DNA of 64,000 nucleotides from Eledone cirrhosa (lineage: Eukaryota). Each line of letters starts with the position of its first letter. Position 1 is the first letter of the stretch. Below the pieces are notes generated by a model that searched no databases, was not told the origin of the DNA, and worked only from the letters and a program-made list of their open reading frames with translations. Positions 57,201 to 64,000 of this stretch are shown in pieces. Both the position numbers and the translations under genes were made by a program. The stretch is taken from contig OZ024743.1 of the NCBI GenBank assembly GCA_964016885.1, positions 175,956,001 to 176,020,000 on the forward strand. The letters run 5' to 3'.

Positions 57201-59560
57201 CAGCAACAGTAGTAGTAGTAACAACCCAATAACAGTAGTAATAACAGCATTAACATTAGACACAGTAGCAGTAACAACAGCAGTAGTAACAGCAACAGTA
57301 GTAGTAGTAACAACCCTGTAACAGTAGTAATAACAGCATTAACATTAGACACAGTAGCAGTAACAACAGCAGTAGTAACAGCAACAGTAGTAGTAGTAAC
57401 AACCCTGTAACAGTAGTAATAACAGCATTAACATTAGACACAGTAGCAGTAACAACAGCAGTAGTAACAATAACAGTAGCAGTAGTAACAACCCAGTAAC
57501 AGTAGCAATAACAGCATTAACGTTAGACACAGTAGCAGTAACAACAGCAGTAGTAACAGCAACAGTAGTAGTAGTAACAACCCTGTAACAGTAGTAATAA
57601 CAGCATTAACATTAGACACAGTAGCAGTAACAACAGCAGTAGTAACAACAACAGTAGCAGTAGTAACAACACAGTAACAGTAGCAATAACAGCATTAACA
57701 TTAGACACAGTAGCAGTAACAACAGCAGTAGTAACAACAACAGTAGTAGTAGTAACAACTCTGTAACAGTAGTAATAACAACATTAACATTAGACATAGT
57801 AGCAGTAACAACAGCAGTAGTAACAGCAATAGTAGCAGTACCAACAACCCAGTAACAGTAGTAATAACAGCATTAACATTAGACACAGTAGCAGTAACAA
57901 CAGCAGTAGTAACAACAACAGTAGTAGTAGTAACAACCCTGTAACAGTAGTAATAACAGCATTAACATTAGACACAGTAGCAGTAACAACAGCAGTAGTA
58001 ACAACAACAGTAGTAGTAGTAATAACAGCATTAATATTAGACACAGTAGCAGTAACAACAGCAGTAGTAACAACAACAGTAGTAGTAGTAACAACCCAGT
58101 AACAGTAGTAATAACAGCATTAACATTAGACACAGAATCAGTAATAACAGCAGTAGTAACAACAACAGTAGTAGTAGTAACAACCCTGTAACAGTAGTAA
58201 TAACAGCATTAACATTAGACACAGTAGCAGTAACAACAGCAGTAGTAACAGCAATAGTAGCAGTACCAACAACCCAGTAACAGTAGTAAATACAGCATTA
58301 ACATTAGACACAGTATCAGTAACAACAGCAGTAGTAACAGCAACAGTAGCAGTACCAACAACCCAGTAACAGTAGTAATAACAGCATTAACATTAGACAC
58401 AGTAGCAGTAACAACAGCAGTAGTAACAGCAACAGTAGCAGTAGTAACAACAGCAGTAACAGTAGTAATAACAGCATTAACAATAGACACAGTAGCAGTA
58501 ACAACAGCAGTAGTAACAGCAACAGTAGTAGTAGTAACAACCCAGTAACAGTAGTAATAACAGCATTAACATTAGACACGGTAGCAGTAACAACAGCAGT
58601 AGTAACAGCAACAGTAGTAGTAGTAACAACCCAATAACAGTAGTAATAACAGCATTAACATTAGACACAGTAGCAGTAACAACAGCAGTAGTAACAGCAA
58701 CAGTAGTAGTAGTAACAACCCTGTAACAGTAGTAATAACAGCATTAACATTAGACACAGTAGCAGTAACAACAGCAGTAGTAACAACAGCAGTAGTAGTA
58801 GTAACAACCCTGTAACAGTAGTAATAACAGCATTAACATTAGACACAGTAGCAGTAACAACAGCAGTAGTAACAGCAACAGTAGTAGTAGTAACAACCCA
58901 ATAACAGTAGTAATAACAGCATTAACATTAGACACAGTAGCAGTAACAACAACAGTAGTAACAGCAACAGTAGTAGTAGTAACAACCCTGTAACAGTAGT
59001 AATAACAGCATTAACATTAGACAGAGTAGCAGTAACAACAGCAGTAGTAACAATAACAGTAGCAGTAGTAACAACCCAGTAACAGTAGTAATAACAGCAT
59101 TAACGTTAGACACAGTAGCAGTAACAACAGCAGTAGTAACAACAACAGTAGCAGTAGTAAGAACCCAATAACAGTAGTAATAACAACATTAACATTAGAC
59201 ACAGTAGCAGTAACAACAGCAGTAGCAGTAGTAACAACCCTGTAACAGTACTAACAACAGCAGTAACAGTAGTAATAACAGCATTAACATTAGACACAGT
59301 AGCAGTAAAAACAGCAGTAGTAACAGCAACAGTAGCAGTACCAACAACCCAGTAACAGTAGTAATAACAGCATTAACATTAGACACAGTAGCAGTAACAA
59401 CAGCAGTAGTAACAGCAACATTAGCAGTAGTAACAACAGCAGTAACAGCAGTAATAACAGCATTAACATTAGACACAGTAGCAGTAACAACAGCAGTAGT
59501 AACAGCAACAGTAGCAGTAGTAACAACAGCAGTAACAGTAGTAATGACAGCATTAACATT
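42250..59560 (+). repeat. HOR domain 4: more diverged duplications (offsets 4279, 4907-4996, 4950, 2927, 1336) marked by the GACATAG...GCAATAG monomer
   Basis: 42853/47132, 44994/49990, 45885/50792, 52573/57523 and 56179/59106. The marker monomer occurs at 45083, 45528, 46864, 50079, 50524, 51771, 52840, 53285, 54842, 55198, 56900 and 57790. Confidence 0.8.
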
Positions 59561-62500
59561 AGACACAGTAGCAGTAACAACAGCAGTAGTAACAACAACA
59601 GTAGTAGTAGTAACAACCCAGTAACAGTAGTAATAACAGCATTGACATTAGACACAGTAGCAGTAACAACAGCAGAAGTAACAACAACAGTAGCAGTAGT
59701 AACAACAGCAGTAACAGTAGTAAAAACAGCATTAACATTAGACACAGTAGCAGTAACAACAGCAGTAGTAACAGCAACAGTAGCAGTACCAACAACCCAG
59801 TAACAGTAGTAATAACAGCATTAACATTAGACACAGTAGCAGTAACAACAGCAGTAGTAACGACAACAGTAGCAGTAGTAACAACCCTGTAACAGTAGTA
59901 ATAACAGCATTAACATTAGACACAGTAGCAGTAACAACAGCAGTAGTAACAGCAACAGTAGCAGTAGTAACAACAGCAGTAACAGTAGTAATAACAGCAT
60001 TAACATTAGACACAGTAGCAGTAACAACAGCAGTAGTAACAGCAACAGTAGCAGTAGTAACAACCCTGTAACAGTAGTAATAACAGCATTAACATTAGAC
60101 ACAGTAGCAGTAACAACAGCAGTAGTAACAACAACAGTAGTAGTAGTAACAACCCTGTAACTGTAGTAATAACAGCATTAACATTAGACACAGTAGCAGT
60201 AACAACAGCAGTAGTAACAGCAACAGTAGTAGTAGTAACAACCCTGTAACAGTAGTAATAACAGCATTAACATTAGACACAGTAGCAGTAACAACAGCAG
60301 TAGTAACAACAACAGTAGTAGTAGTAACAACCCTGTAACAGTAGTAATAACAGCATTAACATTAGACACAGTAGCAGTAACAACAGCAGTAGTAACAGCA
60401 ACAGTAGCAGTACCAACAACAGCAGTAACAGTAGTAATAACAGCATTAACATTAGACACAGTAGCAGTAACAACAGCAGTAGTAACAACAACAGTAGCAG
60501 TAGTAACAACCCTGTAACAGTAGTAATAACAGCATTAACATTAGACACAGTAGCAGTAACAACAGCAGTAGTAACAGCAACAGTAGCAGTAGCAAAAACC
60601 CTGTAACAGTAGTAATAACAGCATTAACATTAGACACAGTAGCAGTAACAACAGCAGTAGTAGTAGTAACAATCCAGTAACAGTAGTAATAACAGCATTA
60701 ACATTAGACACAGTAGCAGTAACAACAGCAGTAGTAACAGCAACAGTAGTAGTAGTAACAACCCAATAACAGTAGTAATAACAGCATTAACATTAGACAC
60801 AGTAGCAGTAACAACAGCAGTAGTAACAGCAACAGTAGTAGTAGTAACAGCCCTGTAACAGTAGTAATAACAGCATTAACATTAGACACAGTAGCAGTAA
60901 CAACAGCAGTAGTAACAACAACAGTAGTAGTAGTAACAACCCTGTAACAGTAGTAATAACAGCATTAACATTAGACACAGTAGCAGTAACAACAGCAGTA
61001 GTAACAACAACAGTAGCAGTAGTAACAACCCTGTAACAGTAGTAATAACAGCATTAACATTAGACACAGTAGCAGTAACAACAGCAGTAGTAACAGCAAC
61101 AGTAGCAGTACCAACAACAGCAGTAACAGTAGTAATAACAGCATTAACATTAGACACAGTAGCAGTAACAACAGCAGTAGTAACAACAACAGTAGCAGTA
61201 GTAACAACCCTGTAACAGTAGTAATAACAGCATTAACATTAGACACAGTAGCAGTAACAACAGCAGTAGTAACAACAACAGTAGCAGTACCAACAACCCA
61301 GTAACAGTAGTAATAACAGCATTAACATTAGACACAGTAGCAGTAACAACAGCAGTAGTAACAGCAACAGTAGCAGTAGCAACAACCCTGTAACAGTAGT
61401 AATAACAGCATTAACATTAGACACAGTAGCAGTACCAACAGCAGTAGTAGTAGTAACAATCCAGTAACAGTAGTAATAACAGCATTAACATTAGACACAG
61501 TAGCAGTAACAACAGCAGTAGTAACAGCAACAGTAGCAGTACCAACAACCCAGTAACAGTAGTAATAACAGCATTAACATTAGACACAGTAGCAGTAACA
61601 ACAGCAGTAGTAACAGCAACAGTAGTAGTAGAAACAACCCAATAACAGTAGTAATAACAGAATTAACATTAGACACAGTAGCAGTAACAACAGCAGTAGT
61701 AACAGCAACAGTAGCAGTAGTAACAACCCTGTAACAGTAGTAATAACAGCATTTACATTAGACACAGTAGCAGTAACAACAGCATTAGTAACAGCAACAG
61801 TAGTAGTAGTAACAACCCAATAACAGTAGTAATAACAGCATTGACATTAGACACAGTAGCAGTAACAACAGCAGAAGTAACAACAACAGTAGCAGTAGTA
61901 ACAACAGCAGTAACAGTAGTAAAAACAGCATTAACATTAGACACAGTAGCAGTAACAACAGCAGTAGTAACAGCAACAGTAGCAGTACCAACAACCCAGT
62001 AACAGTAGTAATAACAGCATTAACATTAGACACAGTAGCAGTAACAACAGCAGTAGTAACGACAACAGTAGCAGTAGTAACAACCCTGTAACAGTAGTAA
62101 TAACAGCATTAACATTAGACACAGTAGCAGTAACAACAGCAGTAGTAACAGCAACAGTAGCAGTAGTAACAACAGCAGTAACAGTAGTAATAACAGCATT
62201 AACATTAGACACAGTAGCAGTAACAACAGCAGTAGTAACAGCAACAGTAGCAGTAGTAACAACCCTGTAACAGTAGTAATAACAGCATTAACATTAGACA
62301 CAGTAGCAGTAACAACAGCAGTAGTAACAACAACAGTAGTAGTAGTAACAACCCTGTAACTGTAGTAATAACAGCATTAACATTAGACACAGTAGCAGTA
62401 ACAACAGCAGTAGTAACAGCAACAGTAGTAGTAGTAACAACCCTGTAACAGTAGTAATAACAGCATTAACATTAGACACAGTAGCAGTAACAACAGCAGT

Positions 62501-64000
62501 AGTAACAACAACAGTAGTAGTAGTAACAACCCTGTAACAGTAGTAATAACAGCATTAACATTAGACACAGTAGCAGTAACAACAGCAGTAGTAACAGCAA
62601 CAGTAGCAGTACCAACAACAGCAGTAACAGTAGTAATAACAGCATTAACATTAGACACAGTAGCAGTAACAACAGCAGTAGTAACAACAACAGTAGCAGT
62701 AGTAACAACCCTGTAACAGTAGTAATAACAGCATTAACATTAGACACAGTAGCAGTAACAACAGCAGTAGTAACAGCAACAGTAGCAGTAGCAACAACCC
62801 TGTAACAGTAGTAATAACAGCATTAACATTAGACACAGTAGCAGTAACAACAGCAGTAGTAGTAGTAACAATCCAGTAACAGTAGTAATAACAGCATTAA
62901 CATTAGACACAGTAGCAGTAACAACAGCAGTAGTAACAGCAACAGTAGTAGTAGTAACAACCCAATAACAGTAGTAATAACAGCATTAACATTAGACACA
63001 GTAGCAGTAACAACAGCAGTAGTAACAGCAACAGTAGTAGTAGTAACAGCCCTGTAACAGTAGTAATAACAGCATTAACATTAGACACAGTAGCAGTAAC
63101 AACAGCAGTAGTAACAGCAACAGTAGCAGTAGTAACAACCCAGTAACAGTAGTAATAACAGCATTAACATTAGACACAGTAGCAGTAACGACAGCAGTAG
63201 TAACAACAACAGTAGTAGTAGTAACAACCCTGTAACAGTAGTAATAACAGCATTAACATTAGACACAGTAGCAGTAACAACAGCAGTAGTAACAACAACA
63301 GTAGCAGTAGTAACAACCCTGTAACAGTAGTAATAACAGCATTAACATTAGACACAGTAGCAGTAACAACAGCAGTAGTAACAGCAACAGTAGCAGTACC
63401 AACAACAGCAGTAACAGTAGTAATAACAGCATTAACATTAGACACAGTAGCAGTAACAACAGCAGTAGTAACAACAACAGTAGCAGTAGTAACAACCCTG
63501 TAACAGTAGTAATAACAGCATTAACATTAGACACAGTAGCAGTAACAACAGCAGTAGTAACAACAACAGTAGCAGTACCAACAACCCAGTAACAGTAGTA
63601 ATAACAGCATTAACATTAGACACAGTAGCAGTAACAACAGCAGTAGTAACAGCAACAGTAGCAGTAGCAACAACCCTGTAACAGTAGTAATAACAGCATT
63701 AACATTAGACACAGTAGCAGTACCAACAGCAGTAGTAGTAGTAACAATCCAGTAACAGTAGTAATAACAGCATTAACATTAGACACAGTAGCAGTAACAA
63801 CAGCAGTAGTAACAGCAACAGTAGCAGTACCAACAAACCAGTAACAGTAGTAATAACAGCATTAACATTAGACACAGTAGCAGTAACAACAGCAGTAGTA
63901 ACAGCAACAGTAGTAGTAGTAACAACCCAATAACAGTAGTAATAACAGAATTAACATTAGACACAGTAGCAGTAACAACAGCAGTAGTAACAGCAACAGT
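59560..64000 (+). repeat. HOR domain 5: 2199/2288-bp tandem duplication with an internal 787-bp (9-mer) period
   Basis: 59738/61937 and 60704/62903 (2199); 60882/63170 and 61491/63779 (2288, one extra monomer at 63081); 60452/61239 and 60704/61491 (787 = 9x89 -15 +1). Confidence 0.88.

Larger units (their letters stand above)
1..64000 (+). repeat. Tandem satellite DNA array, 89-bp consensus monomer with a 90-bp variant, about 715-720 head-to-tail copies, running off both window ends
   Basis: The anchor CATTAACATTAGACAC recurs every 89 bp (TTAGAC at 13, 102, 191, 280, 369, 458 ... 63779). No unique sequence or inversion was seen. Hand count of the consensus: A39 C18 G16 T16. Confidence 0.99.

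Noticed and set aside
13-63964. Hundreds of 61-331 aa minus-strand ORFs (MSNVNAVITT..., poly-Leu, Cys/Tyr-rich tails resembling membrane or metallothionein-like peptides)
   Set aside because: They are the three frames of the same repeat read in turn through the 89-bp frameshift. The 'M' is mostly a GTG in ACT GTG TCT. The ORFs overlap each other every 89 bp and have no RBS, promoter or unique sequence.
1-64000. CRISPR array (conserved node plus variable part)
   Set aside because: There are no unique spacers: the variable part is the same sequence with a few SNPs. No cas genes or leader are present.
1-64000. Programmed ribosomal frameshifting or RNA editing at each CCC/GGG node to give one giant protein
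   Set aside because: It would require hundreds of successive recoding events. There is no X XXY YYZ slippery heptamer, and 88-bp monomers and node-disrupting variants are tolerated.
1-64000. Telomeric repeat or a named satellite family (alpha satellite, CEN178, CentO, trypanosome 70/177-bp repeats)
   Set aside because: There are no TTAGGG-like G-rich tracts, no CENP-B box (no CpG) and no similarity that I recognise. A database search is needed to assign a family.
1-64000. Array inversions or transposon insertions
   Set aside because: The A-rich strand and the anchor orientation are constant throughout, and no non-repeat segment, terminal inverted repeat or target-site duplication was seen.

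Overview
The whole 64-kb window is one uninterrupted, head-to-tail, single-orientation tandem satellite array of roughly 715-720 monomers. The consensus monomer is 89 bp: TTA GAC ACA GTA GCA GTA ACA ACA GCA GTA GTA ACA RCA ACA GTA GYA GTA GTA ACA ACC CW GTA ACA GTA GTA ATA ACA GCA TTA ACA. It is about 38% GC, 44% A and 18% T on the + strand, with no CpG. A 90-bp variant (ACA GCA in place of ACC CW) is interspersed and forms runs at 37-41.5 kb. I see no genes, RNA genes, transposons, CRISPR spacers or unique DNA. The ORF track is a by-product of the repeat. Monomer variants define nested higher-order repeats (HORs) and kb-scale duplications, with offsets of 787, 913, 1320, 1336, 1638, 1792, 2033, 2199, 2770, 3309, 3688, 3825, 4279, about 4900-5000 and 6764/8402 bp, arranged in about five domains. 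This architecture is typical of eukaryotic (peri)centromeric or heterochromatic satellite DNA, but I cannot identify the organism or family. The most unusual properties are: (1) an R-Y-A triplet lattice; (2) a hidden 38-nt dyad in each monomer that pairs two of every three bases, so both strands read the same peptide TVAVTTAVVTATV; (3) a latent stop-free Thr/Val/Ala frame on both strands that is broken only at the 1-bp ACC-CW node; (4) common polymorphisms concentrated at CAG/CTG sites. All offsets and comparisons were read by eye from the sequence and the ORF track, not computed.
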